A stretch of DNA of 64,000 nucleotides, from NCBI GenBank assembly GCA_022813865.1, contig JALDZX010000050.1, positions 1-64,000 on the forward strand, given 5' to 3'. Made by a program: the position numbers and the translations under genes. Of this stretch, positions 12,159-26,278 are shown in pieces. The notes beneath the pieces are model-generated. The model worked only from the letters and a program-made list of their open reading frames with translations. It was not told where the DNA came from and did no database searches. Position 1 is the stretch's first letter, and every line of letters starts with the position of its first letter. The stretch is from Xylographa opegraphella. Its lineage: Eukaryota.

Positions 12159-12655
12159 TTAGGAGTGAAAGTGTTTATGAGCGATTTTGTTCTCCGCGAA
12201 GTGCTTCTCGCTCGGATTCCCTCCAGTATTTTTGTTGTCCGTCGTCTTCCGTGCCTTTTTGGCCGCTTCCTCGCGATTTTTGGCATCGTTGTATGAAGTT
12301 GGTCTTTTTCTCATGGATGCTTTCAATGCGTCGGCTGAGTATTCATCCTTATCTGTCCGAACCACAATGTCCCGCCTACTAAGAGAGGAAAGATATTCGT
12401 CTATCAGCGCCCGACGGTAATTTTGCATCGCTTTTCCATCCCAAATATCGCGCTTATAGCCGGCATAGTAGGGTCGGTCGTCAATGTCGCGCTCGTAAAG
12501 GTCGCCATAGGGTTCCGCGTCACGGACGTAAAGGTTGTTCTGCTCCAGGTCGAGATCACGGGCGTAGAGATCCTCGCTGTCATAGCCGGAGCCATAGGCA
12601 GTGACCACTGTGGCGATAGAGAGACCAGTCACGGCCAGGGTTTGAAAAGTTGCAT
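12159..12655 (-). pseudogene. Secreted repeat-propeptide protein (LYxRD repeats) with a 1-nt frameshift just after the ATG; pseudogene or assembly error
   Basis: ATG 12655 reads MQLFKPWP*. One extra base gives the signal-like MQLF(K/Q)TLAVTGLSIATVVTA, followed by LYARD, LYVRD, LYERD, YKRD and LSRRD units and a basic C-terminal peptide. Confidence 0.7.
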
Positions 12656-15600
12656 GATGCAAGGGCAACTGCTATTGAAATGATGATTGGTTGAGAAGGT
12701 TTCTGTTTGAAGAATATGGCAGGTGTATGTTGCTGGAGTCGAGTTTCGGTTATGATTGTTGCTAATTTAATGATTGATGTATTCAATCTGATTGTGAAGG
12801 ATTTCTGCTGTTCGAATGTATTTGATGGGAGACTTCTGTGTTCTTATGCTTGGATTTTCCCAAGCCTGGACCGTTGAGCAAACACTCGAGCTGCCGCTTC
12901 GACATTGAGCTTTCCCTTCCTGCTCAATGGTTTGTTGGTAAGCATTCTTCAACACAGCACTGCGGCGCCGCCTTTGAAAATCTTGCACAGGTGCAGATTC
13001 ACAAATCATGTAGAATGTAGAACTTTGTATTCCGCCGTCGGGGCATTCAAAAGCTCCACCATGACCAGCCTCGTTCAAACATCCAGGTAAGCTTGCAGGC
13101 AAAGCAACACAGCTGTTCTACAGTTTGAAACATGCAATATATCAAGCACCTTGGGTTCAACCAGTGGCTATCGAGAGGCTGAATTTGGAGCAACTTGAAG
13201 AACCACGATACTGCCAACCCATTATTGAGGCTAACCTTAATCGTAGGCACACAGCCATGACGCTAAGCTCAATTATGTATTGCTTTGCGCATTCCGAAAC
13301 TCGCTACGGAGTATATAGTACCACTTGATCTTCCGGCAATGCCATGATACTGTAGTGAAAGAAGTTGGTGAGCTAAAAGCTTTGAAACTTTTTGTCGTGG
13401 CGTTTCCGTATTCAGAGCCTTGGCATAGGAACAATTGAACCAGGAATGCTCAAGATGCTTCAGTGAGTGTGGTTACCATCGGACAGTTGGTACATAGAAT
13501 TGGCAGAGCGAATAGTCTTGAGCGGCCTTTCGAGGTTTGCCTCGTCGAAGCACCTTTGGTACTACCTCCTGGTAATTTGGTCACTCACGAAGATGGAGGG
13601 CACATTACTGCAGCATACCTCAAGTATGCAAAGATAGAGTAATATATCGCTAGTGATGCAAGGGGGAGAATAGCATTGAAGGGAGCATTCCACAGCGTTG
13701 TGGTATACCTTCGCCGTGGTTCATATTCGATACTTCATGCACAACGAGTCCCAGTCCGAAGATTGTCACCTTCGAATGGTCCCGTCGCAGTTCCCCCGTA
13801 GCGCTCCGAGCCATGTGTGCGCACTCATCAGCCTTCACCTACCCGTATACCAGACTGACGCCGCCTCCCACGTATCTACTTTCAGCAACCGGGTTTGAAG
13901 AACTGCAACCAGGATCGAGAACTTGATTATGCACAAAAGCAACAAGCAACATGCAAGGCGCGAACACGACAGGCATGAGAGATGCCCGGAAAGCTCGTAC
14001 AAAATACCACCTTGCCCTTTTGCCGACGTCTGCTGGCAATGAAGCCCTACAGAAATCCGAAACGATAGGTACGGAAGCGAAGCGAGCAAGAAGTCAAGGG
14101 CAAAGAGGAGCAGAACGCTCCATTCACACGTGCCAAACGACAACCGCAAGCTGAGAAAATTTCAAGACGCATGTGTGATGCAACATTGCTCCACCGCACG
14201 GGAACGGAGTAGGTCAACGAGCGGTGCGCCTCTACGCCACCGACAGAAAACCCAGGCAATGCATGGATGTGAGAAATGAGAAGCAGGTATATGTGCAGAC
14301 AGCTCCGACGCAACACTGGCATGCTCCCTGATGGGACTCGTCCGATCAGCTCGATGCACGATGCAACGATGGTAAAGCAAGAGAAAGATGCAGTTTGTTG
14401 CTTTTCCGGTGGCATCTCGAGATTGTTTGTTCGCGGACGGGTGATCGACGAGCTGAACGCCTCGGCATCGAATACGTAACTTACGCAGTACAGTACCCTG
14501 TATCTTATCTGGGATCCTACCATGGTCCATTGGAGAACACGCAGCGCCAAGGCTCATGCTGGTCAGCTCTGTCAGCAAATGGAGCCCCACTTCGAGCAGG
14601 ATTTGGGCAGCGTGCACAATTTGCATAACTACCCGCTTCGTCAGGGACGGCCTGGTAACCACTCTGAGAACGGATGAAGCGTTCCGAGTTCGTTCGCAAG
14701 CAGTTTATACTCGGAAACAGTGGACGGACTCCCAGCTCCACGCCTCTCTCTCGATTACGCCGACTTCATCGCCAGAAACGAGGGTTTAGACAAGTCACCC
14801 TCTTTTCCTGTGAGCAGGGCAGTTGAGCTGTGAGCAGTCAGCAGTAGGGCTCCTCGGCGTCTTATTTCGCGGCGGACCGAGCGACGTTTAGTGGCAACGC
14901 TAAGAGCTTCTATTTTCGTCGTTGGTGTTCGGAGTGTGTGGAGAGGCCCGTATTTCAGGGTCGTCATTATTACGGACTGAGGGTCCAACTCGCTGTTGGC
15001 CCCCGCGAGCTGCGTGGCCAGGCACGACCATCATGCGATGGCAGCCGCCCCTATTCCACGCAGTTGTTCTCAACGGCCCCACAGAGAGCAGCCACGGTTG
15101 AAAGGCGACTTTTCCCCCTGGGCCAAACGGTCGCCGCTCGACTCCTGAGGTACTCCGTATCTTTCCCCTGACCGTTTGCGACGCGTGCGGCAGCCATGAT
15201 ACATGAGCAAGACATGGACTAAACAAACGGAAAGAACGAACACCTTTTATAGTACATGGCACTGGCTCGAATAATGCAGAACATGGGGCGAGATGCTTCC
15301 GTATCAGCCCAGCCGATAGTAACAAAGAACACGTCTCGTAGGGTCCAAAGGTAGTGCTTCGTACCCCGCCAGAAGCGTTTCTTGGCGTTGTTCAGCTGGG
15401 TCAGCTTTAGCAGCCCACTACTGGAGCACAGCCCTACCTTATTTGGGTCAGAGCTTCAACGACTTCCAATTTGTCTCTTTAACCGAACCGCTGCGGCTCA
15501 GTGTCCCGCTAGGCTCGAACCGGCCACCGGCCCCTATCGTGTCCCCTATCCTCTACGCCCGGCCGGTCCAGGACCGTGAACCTCCCGGGCTTCCGTCGCA

Positions 15601-16709
15601 AACTTACCTTATGCTTTAAGATTCGGTGGCCTCGTATTTGTTGCACCACCATCTTTGGATGGGTGGACCATACTGGTGGCGTGAGGATAGTCGCTGGATT
15701 ATCAATTCCCTCTCGACCTATGGTATGAAGCACTGTGGCCAGCTCATCCGCCGTCAATGCAGGAAGCCATGGCACACGTGTGAGCATCAACATCGTCCGA
15801 AACTGACAGAAGCGAATATGGACGACGCGTGGGGAAGAGCACGACAGGACCTCGTTCGAGCGTGGATTGCATCAACACGAGCGTTGTAGGCATGAACTAT
15901 GAGAGTCAGTTTTCCTGCTGCTGGGATGTGGCCAGGACCGCAACGGCCAAACCGTATCTTGCTTCATCGATGCATCACGCGAAACACCACCTCTCCTCAG
16001 TCTGAAGCGGCACGATAGCTGAGCCGAAGCTTGCTTACCATGCCCTCCTGCCTTGACCAGTCGCTGCCATTTGGCGCAACAGCTGCGGGAGATGCGGAGG
16101 AGGACGTGTAGATTGTAGATTTTGTTTTCACGCCGGAAATGCCGCTACGCTCGCACCCTTCCCAGTCCTGGGCTTCACACCAGCGTCAAGGTTCCATTGA
16201 CGGCCGATCGCCCGCCATCATATTATTTAATTGCTTCTTCAACCTCCTTTTCCCNCCCCCCCCGCTCTTCTCCCTAGTCGACTGAGAAACTTGCCGGCGC
16301 AACCGCAACACTACCCCTAAACATCTCCCTTGTCGCTAGCAGGCGCCCTAAACCCCCATGTCGAGGCTGACTGTGCAAATGAAGCGTAGTCCGCAGCCAC
16401 CACCCGTCCATCTTGCTCCTCTCTCCAAAATCACCCTAGCTTTCCCAAGCACTCCCCTTCAAACCTCTCAAGCAGTAGTTGTATTTTTCGGTCCTTTGTT
16501 TCCTTCCTCAGCCTCCACGCTCGTTCAACACCTCGTCGCTCGTTTGGGGTCTTTGTCTTCTCACCCGCTGCTAGTGATCTGAGAGGTCGCTCGAACCTTC
16601 AGATTCCCAGTGCAGCTTCCCTTAAACCGGCTTCATCGATCGCGGTGCCCTACCTCGACTTCTTGGGTAGATCTCAAGATACGAGCCTGCGGTGCAGGCT
16701 TCAGGTACG

Positions 16710-19700
16710 ATGCGAGGTTTCGTGCCAGCCTTGGTGGTGGCTCTTGCAGCTTCGACGTCCGCTCTTCGATATGACCCGGCCGAAGTCGAATACAACTTGA
16801 ACACCAACCAGCAGGCGACGGATCCTGTCGACTACTGGGGACAGTGGCCTGGATCTCATACATACCATCCTTCGCCACCAAACTGGCGGTTCCCCTTCTA
16901 CACGCTGTTCCTGGATAGATACGTGAATGGAAATCCGTCTAATGGTATGTGTTTGCTTCCGTGTCCTCATGTGTACTGCCAGGCTAACCTTGACCCAGAT
17001 AATGCCAACCTGACAGCTTTCGAACATGATCTCATGCAAACACAACTACGACATGGTGGCGATATCCAAGGCCTTCTCGATTCATTGGATTACATACAAG
17101 GAATGGGGGTGAAGGCGATATACCTTGCTGGATCCCCCATGGTCAATCTCCCATGGGAGTCGGATGGTCAGCGGGATCGAACGTCCTATCCTACGTCTTG
17201 GGCTAACGCGACCGTGTCATAGGCTATTCTCCTATCGACTTCACCCTCCTCGACCGCCACTTCGGTACCCTTGCCGACTGGCAGGCGGTCATCGCTGAGA
17301 TCCATGCACGGGACATGTACGTTTTGATGGACAATACCATGTCGACCATGTCCGATCTCATCGGATTCGAGGGTTACCTTAATGCCAGTACTCCTTTCCT
17401 TACCTCGGAGCACACGGTGCAATATAAAACCGCTCGACAATACCTTGATTTCTCGTTCGGGAACGATTACAACGAAACTTGCGAATACCCACGATTTTAC
17501 AATGAGACTGGGTACCCGGTGGGTGACGATGTCACCAGTCAGCTGGTCGGTTGTTTCAATTCAGAGTTTGATCAATATGGAGATATCGAGGCTTTCGGTG
17601 TCTTTCCAGATTGGCAGAGAGAATTGGCGAAATTCGCCTCTGTGCAGGATCGTTTGAGGGAGTGGGTACCTTCGGTCCGGGCGAAGATTCAGCGTCATTC
17701 ATGTATCATGATTGCTCAGCTCGATATCGACGGTTTCCGTTTCGATAAAGCCACCCAGGTCACCGTTGATGCTCAGGGCGCTTTCGGAGACTATATTCGA
17801 AGCTGTGCCGCTCAGTTTGGCAAACACAACTTCTTCATGCCCGGTGAAATCACTGGTGGTAACACATTCGGCTCCATTTATCTCGGACGTGGTCGCTTGG
17901 CCGATCCAGCAATGCAGCCGGAAAACCTGACCACCGCTGTGAGGTTGACCAATACCTCCTCTGATAAGTATTTCATTCGAGATCTTGGGCAAAATGCACT
18001 CGATGCTGCGGCTTTCCACTATACCATCTACCGCTCCTTGACAAGATTCCTAGGAATGGACGGCAATCTAGAGTCTGGTTATGACGCACCATTGAACTGG
18101 GTAGACGGATGGAACGACATGTTGACCACGAATGATCTTATAAATGCGAATACAGGGGTTTTTGACCCGAGACACATGTACGGTGTCACCAACCAGGATG
18201 TCTTCAGATGGCCAGCCATCGTGAACGGCACCGACAAGATGTTGCTCGGCTTGTATATCACAACAATCCACATGCCTGGTATACCGCTTCTTCTATGGGG
18301 TGAAGAGCAAGCCTTCTATATCCTCGACAATACTGCAGACAACTACATATTTGGTCGACAGGCTATGTCCACATCAACCGCTTGGCAGACTCATGGGTGC
18401 TACATTCTTGGCTCATCATCTTTCTATAATTGGAACACTTCATATGTTGAGTCGGCTCTGAATGGATGTCACGACGATTCCGTCAGTCTCGATCATCGTG
18501 ATCCGTCGGCTCCAGTGAGGAACATCATTAAGAGCATGTACCAGATGCGGGAGAATTTTCCAGTTCTCAACGACGGGTTCTTCCTGCAACAACTGTCGAA
18601 TATGACTACCGACATTTATCTCCCGGGTAGTAACAATACGCCGACTGAGACCGGCATGTGGAGCACTGTTCGCAGCCAATTCGAAGGCGTTCAGGATCTA
18701 GCCGGCAAAGGACAGGGAGATCAATCTGTCTGGCTTGTTTACCAGAACGGTAATGCAACCACAAATTACGAATTTGACTGTAACAATAATGACTCCGGTC
18801 GGTCTACTACTGCTTTAATAGCTCCTTTTGATGCGGGAACCAAGGTCAAGAATCTTTTCTATCCGTATGATGAAGTCACCTTACAAGGAGGCGTCCACAA
18901 GCTAGGTATCAACGGATCGCTGAATGCTAACGGCTGTTTGAGCAACTTGACCATGAAAGCCTGGGAGTTCAAGGCGTACGTTCCAAGTGATAAGTGGGTG
19001 GGACCAGGGCCCATGATTACCAAATTCGTTCCAGGTCATGATGCTCGAGTCCTATCAACCTCGGATCCCGGGCAACAGCAGTCACTACCAGTCGAGTTAC
19101 ACTTCTCGCAAGAGATGGATTGCAACGGTATCACTAACGCCATCACATTCAATTCGACAACGGAAGATGGTAGCACTCCGAAAATTGATCCCGGTAGCAT
19201 TTCTTGCGCCAACGCTACCGACCCTGATGTTGTCCCTCTCACCGGGGCGCTTCCAACCGTGTGGGCGTGGAAGGCAACTCTCAACGGAGTGGCTGATGGT
19301 GTTCATCGTCTTACAATCACTAAAGCTCCCACCCCAGGTAATTCTAGCAACACCGGCTCAACAGACAATTTCTTGTTCCGTATCGGACAACCTGATAACC
19401 CCATGATATTCCCTGCCACAGCGAACTACACAAAGGCTCTCCTTCATCAGGACAGCAACGGTTTATATGTAACTCAGAAAGCTGCGGGCGCTGACTTGTA
19501 CCGATACTCCCTGAACTGGGGCTCGAGCTTTTCTGACTGGACGCCATACAAAGGCGGTAACGCTACTCTTGAACCGCAGGCGTGGTCTGGAACTTCATCT
19601 CAGGCGTGGACCGGGACGCATGTCACTATGCAATACTGGAGTCGAATGACTGGTAGCAGCGATCATCAACAGGAAGCCGACCTAGATGACACGATTCCAC

Positions 19701-22700
19701 AGAGACGATTTCCCCATCTTTTTTGGCAAGGCCCGTACAATCAATATGGCTTCGACGCAGGATTACCCAACGAACTCCAGCAGGATCCTATCACAGCACT
19801 CTGGAAGATCAACTTCATGTCCGAATGGCCTGCCATTGCTCAGGTCAATATCTGGGGAATGAATCCCGACGGACAGCCGGACCAAACGGGTGTGCTTGGT
19901 GATATTGATGCAGACAGTGTCCTTGATCGACTGCCACCATCCTCGCTCTCGGCAGTTGCCGTCAACTTCACTGCTCCTCCTCCGGTCCCGTACTTAGCTT
20001 GGCAGTTTGTGCTTAACGATGGCACATTCAGATATCAATTGCTCCCCATCGGTAACATGTATATGCAAATGGCTCTGTATTTCCTCTTCTGGCTTGTACC
20101 TGTTACCACGGGAGCGTTCGGAATCTGGGTGTTCATGAAATCTTTCTACAAGGTCAAGTTTAACCAAACGGGTATCAGTGCTGAGAGAAATTTCATCCCG
20201 TTGGCGCTTCGACGGAGATTCCGGAACCGACACGCTGAAGATGGAGAAGCGCTCAATCCTCTGATGAAACTCAAAAACAAATCTGGGATGATGCAATCCA
20301 AGACAGCACTTGCAGCTGGATTAGGCGGTCATCGTCGTATGGTTCTAATTGCAACAATGGAATACGATATCGAAGATTGGGCAATTAAGATCAAAATCGG
20401 AGGGTTAGGTGTAATGGCCCAGCTCATGGGAAAAAATCTTGGCCATCAAGATCTAATCTGGATTGTTCCTTGCGTGGGGGGTGTGGACTATCCCGAAGAT
20501 CAGCGGGCAGAACCTATGGTGGTAACCATTCTAGGAAACCCCTATGAGGTTCAAGTCCAATACCATACACTTCGAAACATAACTTATGTTCTCCTGGATG
20601 CCCCTGTTTTCAGGCAGCAAACCAAAACCGAGCCTTATCCGCCTCGAATGGACGATCTTGATTCAGCAATTTACTATTCTGCATGGAACCAGTGTATTGC
20701 CCTTGCTATCAAACGTTTCCATCCAGATTTGTACCATATCAACGACTACCATGGTGCGGTCGCCCCAATTCATCTATTGCCAGAAACAATACCCTGCTGC
20801 TTATCCTTGCACAACGCTGAATTTCAAGGTCTGTGGCCCATGAGAACGCCTAAGGAACGAGATGAGGTCTGCCAGGTATACAATCTTCCAGTTGACACTG
20901 CTGCGAAGTATGTACAGTTTGGTGAAGTCTTCAATCTTTTACACGCGGGTGCGTCTTACCTTCGTGTTCATCAGCAAGGGTTTGGCGCTGTGGGTGTCTC
21001 CAAGAAGTATGGAAAGCGTTCATACGCGAGATATCCGATCTTCTGGGGTCTCAAGAAAGTTGGCAACCTCCCGAACCCCGATCCGTCAGATACTGGCGAA
21101 TGGGACAAGCAATTGCCCAAGGAAGAAGACATCAAGATTGACCCCGAATTTGAGGGCAAACGTGTTGAGCTGAAGCGCCAGGCGCAGGAATGGGCAGGTC
21201 TCGACCAGAATCCCAAAGCTGAGCTGCTCGTATTCGTTGGCCGGTGGTCAAATCAGAAAGGCATTGATTTGATCGCCGATGTATTCCCCGCGGTTTTGGA
21301 AGAACATCCCGATGTACAACTGATCTGTGTCGGTCCAGTCATCGATCTGTACGGAAAGTTTGCTGCACTCAAGCTTGATAAAATGATGAAGATCTATCCT
21401 GGACGTGTTTTCTCCAAGCCAGAATTTACTGCCCTTCCCCCATACATCTTTAGTGGAGCCGAATTCGCTCTGATTCCTTCCCGTGACGAACCATTTGGGC
21501 TGGTCGCCGTGGAGTTTGGTAGGAAAGGCGCTCTTGGTATCGGTGCTCGGGTTGGTGGTCTGGGCCAGATGCCAGGATGGTGGTATACCGTGGAATCTAC
21601 GACCACTACTCATTTGCTCCATCAATTTAAGATGGCCATTGAAAGTGCTTTGGCCTCGAAACAAGAAACACGAGCCATGATGCGGGCTCGATCTGCCAAA
21701 CAGAGGTTCCCCGTTGCCCAATGGGTTGAGGATCTCGAAATCCTGCAGACATCGGCCATCAAAATACATTCAAAAGAAGCAGCAAAAGCTCATCACAGCA
21801 TGGTTCAGCATACAAGTGCCGGACTTTCTGGCTTTAACTCGAATGCAGGCTCGGGCTTCAGCTCACCAAATGGGATGATGACGCCGACTCTCCCTCGTTC
21901 TCGCTCAACTAGCCACGCCGACCTGCCATCTTTAGGAGCTCCACCCCCACTAGGCTTACATGGAAGGAACTCCAGCTACGGAAACCTCAACAGACTCAGC
22001 GCCTGGACAAAGGGAAGACCTGACAGCTATGCTGGTAGCAGAGCGGGAAGTCCTTCTCGGGAAAGGGAACAATCCACATTACCTAAAGGTGGAGTGACAA
22101 GGACACTATCACTTGGTATGAAGTCGGGTCCGGGCCATGTGACACAAGCTAGAGGTAGAAACCGGATGCGAAAAGGCATGGGAAGATCGAGCAGTCATCA
22201 GTCAGAGGCCGAACGTGATCAAATGGGTCAGGCAATCACAGACGTGGAGGAAGAAAGCGATAATGATATCATCGACATGTATGGAGCTGATGAGGAATAT
22301 ACTATGACTAGAGAACAGGCGGAAGCGATGCAACGAAGGGACCGACAAATAGAGGCAATGCCCACTCCAGCATTGCCGCAACTCAACGAAGACTTTCTGT
22401 CCCCACGTCAGGTCTCATTTGGAGGCGATCGACCGGCTCGTGATCTTATCAGACCGCCTGGTCCTCCATCTGAACCGTCTTCGGCGCCAGGCACGCCAGG
22501 TCAATTTCCGGGAGCATTCCTTGGTGCCGGAGCTGATGAAGCTTTACTACCGCCAATGGCTGCATTTGCCAAGTCTGCCAACCGCATGAGTAACTCGTCC
22601 ATGTTGAGTTTGGACTCTGTGGTTGGTGAGAAGAAGGACTTTAAGCTTCAGAAGGTTGACCCATTCTTTACGGACAGTACTGGCGAATATTTCAAAGCCT

Positions 22701-24434
22701 TCGAGGAAAAGCTAGCTACCCTTGATGGAAAGAATTCCGAAGGTCAAATGTGCATCGAAGACTACCTGGTCAAGAGCGAGAAGAAGTGGTTTGATCGATT
22801 CCGGAATGCTCGCCTGGGCCGTGCTCCCGTTGCAAGTCGTCCCCATAGTCCAGCTCCTTCGATGTTTCAAAAAGGAGGACACAGCCCAGAAGGATCAATT
22901 TTCAACGAGCCACTCGGAGATAACAGTAGCCAGGGAAGTACAGGAAAAGAGGGTGGTGATCAGTTCTTACTCGGAGAAGATTATCACCCACCTACTGGCT
23001 TGAAGAAGTGGATGCAGATGCGCATCGGGGACTGGCCACTATACTCTCTATTCCTTGCCTTCGGTCAAATCATTGCTGCGAACTCTTACCAAATAACGTT
23101 ATTGACGGGGACAGTTGGCCAGACAGCAGAGAAGCTTTACGTGGTCGCCTCAATATACCTGGTTACATCGATGGTGTGGTGGTTATGCTTTCGCTACTTC
23201 AAATCCGTTTACGTTCTCTCCGTGCCCTTCTTTTTCTATGGGTTGGCAGTGAGTGCAGCTCTGAGATACGTTGCGTTGAACGATGCTAACTTGTCACAGT
23301 TCTTCTTCATCGGAGTCACCTACTTCGTCCCGTCTGTAGTCGGAAGGGGATGGATGCAAAACATTGCGACCGCAATGTACGCTGTTGCTTCATCCAGTGG
23401 CTCGATTTTCTTCGCTCTAAACTTTGGTGATGAAGGTGAATACCCCTCGAAATCTTTTACAAATATTATGTGCTAATGCTGTTCCAGGTGGTGCCCCTGT
23501 CAAAGCTTGGGTTTACAGAGCTTGCGTAATTCAAGGAACACAACAAGCTTACGTTGTTGGTTTATGGTATTGGGGTTCAATCTTGACGAAAGAAACAGCC
23601 TCAGGTTACGCGAGCAACTACGTTCCTGGATCTACCAGCACTGTTACCAACTCCTACACCATGACTGCCATAACTGTCCCCATTGCCGTAGTACTTTGGC
23701 TCTCTGGTTTGATACTGTTCTTCGGCCTACCCGACTTCTACCGACAGGCACCCGGAGCGGTTCCCTCATTCTACTCATCGCTTGGCCGCCGCAAAATCAT
23801 TCTTTGGTTCTTTGTGGCAGTTCTTATTCAGAACTACTGGCTTTCTGCTCCATATGGACGTAATTGGGGATATCTCTGGTCCAGCAACCGTGCCGAACCT
23901 TGGCAGATTGTCCTTCTGTGCGTGCTCTTTTTCGGTGTTGTCTGGGCAGCATTCCTTTGGGTCTTCGGAATCCTCAGTAAGGATCATTCTTGGATTCTTC
24001 CAGTCTTTGCCATAGGCCTGGGTGCCCCCCGATGGTGTCAAATGCTCTGGGGTACATCCAACATCGGCCAGTATGTCCCATGGGCTGGCGGTCCTCTGGC
24101 ATCGGCACTGGTAGGACGTAGTCTATGGCTATGGCTTGGTGTCTTGGACGCTTTACAGGGAGTCGGCTTCGGAATGATCCTTCTCCAGACCTTGACCAGA
24201 ATACATATTGCGTTCACGCTTATTGCCGCTCAAGTTCTTGGCTCCATTGCGACAATGATAGCGCGAGCAACTGCACCAAACGCCATCGGCCCAGGAGATG
24301 TCTTCCCCGACTTCAGCGGCGGCATCGGAGACGGACTGAGTAAAGCTTGGTTCTGGGTCGCCCTCATCATGCAACTCTTCATCTGTATCGGATTCTTCAC
24401 CTTCTTCCGCAAAGAGCAGCTCAGCAAACCCTGA
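16710..24434 (+). CDS. ags1: Cell wall alpha-1,3-glucan synthase, 5 exons (introns 16945-16998, 17167-17222, 23249-23299, 23436-23487)
   Basis: Signal peptide, GH13 amylase-like extracellular domain (DGFRFDKA), TM helix, GT5 glycogen-synthase-like domain (KIKIGGLGVM, PSRDEPFGLVAVE) and a multi-TM C-terminus ending FFRKEQLSKP. All introns have GCTAAY branch sites. Confidence 0.97.
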
Positions 24435-25221
24435 TCGTAAACCGGCTCGGCGCGGGGAGAACCGGCATGGATATGTACACTACTGTGGTTGTTTAATTTC
24501 GTACTCTTTCGGCTCTGCCCCCAACAGGCGGGGGCGATCTTCCTGCATATCACGAACCAAGATGCAGCTTGGGCATCATCTGAGGCGTCGGGAGCATTTG
24601 GAACAAAATAGAGCGTCTTCATGACGCACAGCGGATTTGATTTGGCATGCTACCATTTTTGGTCTCTCCAGCTTTTTCTCTCTCTCTCTTTCTCTGTCCT
24701 TTTCTCTCCCTTTGTGGATAGGACCGCGCGGGTCATCGTCACATACTATTCGGCTGGGCAGTACTGTTATTGTGTAATGGATAATGACGAGTTTCTTGGC
24801 CACTTGCCGTGCCGATCCATGTGATTGCTCTTGTCGTGCTTGTTGGGTCGCTGAGTGCCCTTCTCGTAGTTCCCTTCCCGGCCTTTATCGCCTGTAGCTG
24901 CTTACGGTATTTCTCCCGCCTGCCCTCTCATACCTCCCACGCCACGCATGTCCCTCCCGTCGGCAATCACCGCTCCGCTCCGATCAGACCCTCATGCCTG
25001 CCCGGCTCTTCGGAAACACGCCCGTCGAGAGAACACCCTCACCCGCCTCACCAATCTCTGCCCAGCCCGTCTCCGCTCCCATAGTCGGTCCTCATCATAT
25101 CATCTCCGGTATCTTCACCCAGCTCCAACCCCGCCCCGCCCCGTCGTGGTTCGTGTTTGGATGGGGTGGGATGGCATGGGATCGTAGGCCTACCGCCCTG
25201 AAAGAGGGAGGACGCGGCGCG

Positions 25222-25290
25222 GGTGCTGGTGCTGGGTGCTGGTGCTGGGTGCTGGGTGCTGGGTGCTGGGTGCTGGGTGCTGAGTGCTGA
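25222..25290. repeat. (GGTGCTG)n-type 6-7 bp microsatellite
   Basis: About ten direct copies of GGTGCT/GGGTGCT, read directly. Confidence 0.9.
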
Positions 25291-25753
25291 GATCCCTCCA
25301 GCTATGGATCTAGTTCTTGAGGGAATGGTGGGGTGGGTGAGCGGCTGCTTCACTTGGCCTAGGGAGTTGGTGGGTCGGATGGGTCGAGAGAGAGGGAGAC
25401 GGGGTTACAGGTTAGGGGGGTTAAGGTCTGATGATGCGTGATCTGGTGGTTGAGAGGGTGGGAAATGGATTATGAGTCGATTGGATAGGCTTGCGGGAGG
25501 GGAATTGGTGGTAGTTCGAGTGGAGATATGTGTCGGTGTGGAGGACGGGAGGCCAGCGTGGGCGAGGTTGAGCTTGAGGGCAGGGTGCAGGAGTCAGGAA
25601 GATGGCGTGTCGTGCGTAGGTTGGGTGGATGATGTGCTTGGAGGGAGAATGGGTGGCTACGGAGCGGGGGGAATGGGGTGTATGGAGGTCGTTTGATGGT
25701 CTCGAGTGATAGCGAGCTGGGCCGCACGATGAGGATTCTATGTGAGCTATTTT

Positions 25754-26260
25754 GTGATGATATTTATTATATTGCTGTTCTGAGGCAGACGTTATGCCAA
25801 TTGCCCCAGTCCAAATGTTATAGATAATCCAGACTGAGGCGTTGGTCCTGAGCCGTCTGGAGATATAGGACCGATTCCCCTTATTCTTGCTGGGCCAGTC
25901 GGCTGAAGCACCATATGATAGCAAATGATGATGTTCGATTGCTGTTCTGAGGAAGCCGTTACGCCAGTTTCCCAGTTTCTATGCTATGAGTAAGTGACGC
26001 TGTGACGTTAGCCTCGAGCTGTCTGAAGATATAGGACGGAGTTCTTCGTACTTGCAAGGTCAGTCGGCTGAAAGCACCGTTTGATAACAAATGATGATAT
26101 TGGATTGCTGTTCTGAGGAAGACGTTACGCCCGTTTCCCCAGTGCCTGTTTTATGAAATGATCCAGACTGGGGCGTTGGTCTTGAGCCGTCTGAAGATAG
26201 ACGATGGAGATTATCGTACTTGCTAGGTCAGTCGGCTGAAGTACCGTATTAGTATGCAAA
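25754..26260. repeat. Three diverged tandem copies of a ~166-171 bp unit
   Basis: Units start near 25754, 25925 and 26091 and share RTGATGAT, ATTGCTGTTCTGAGG and CAGTCGGCTGAA blocks. Confidence 0.9.
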
Positions 26261-26278
26261 CATAGCTGTCATTGAATG

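Noticed and set aside
13000..16200. Numerous short ORFs upstream of ags1
   Set aside because: No domain motifs, consistent splice pattern or transposon hallmarks were seen.
26020..26080. Hammerhead ribozyme (CTGAAGA...GAAA in repeat copy 2)
   Set aside because: No stem II closes the core, and GAAA is absent from the other two copies.
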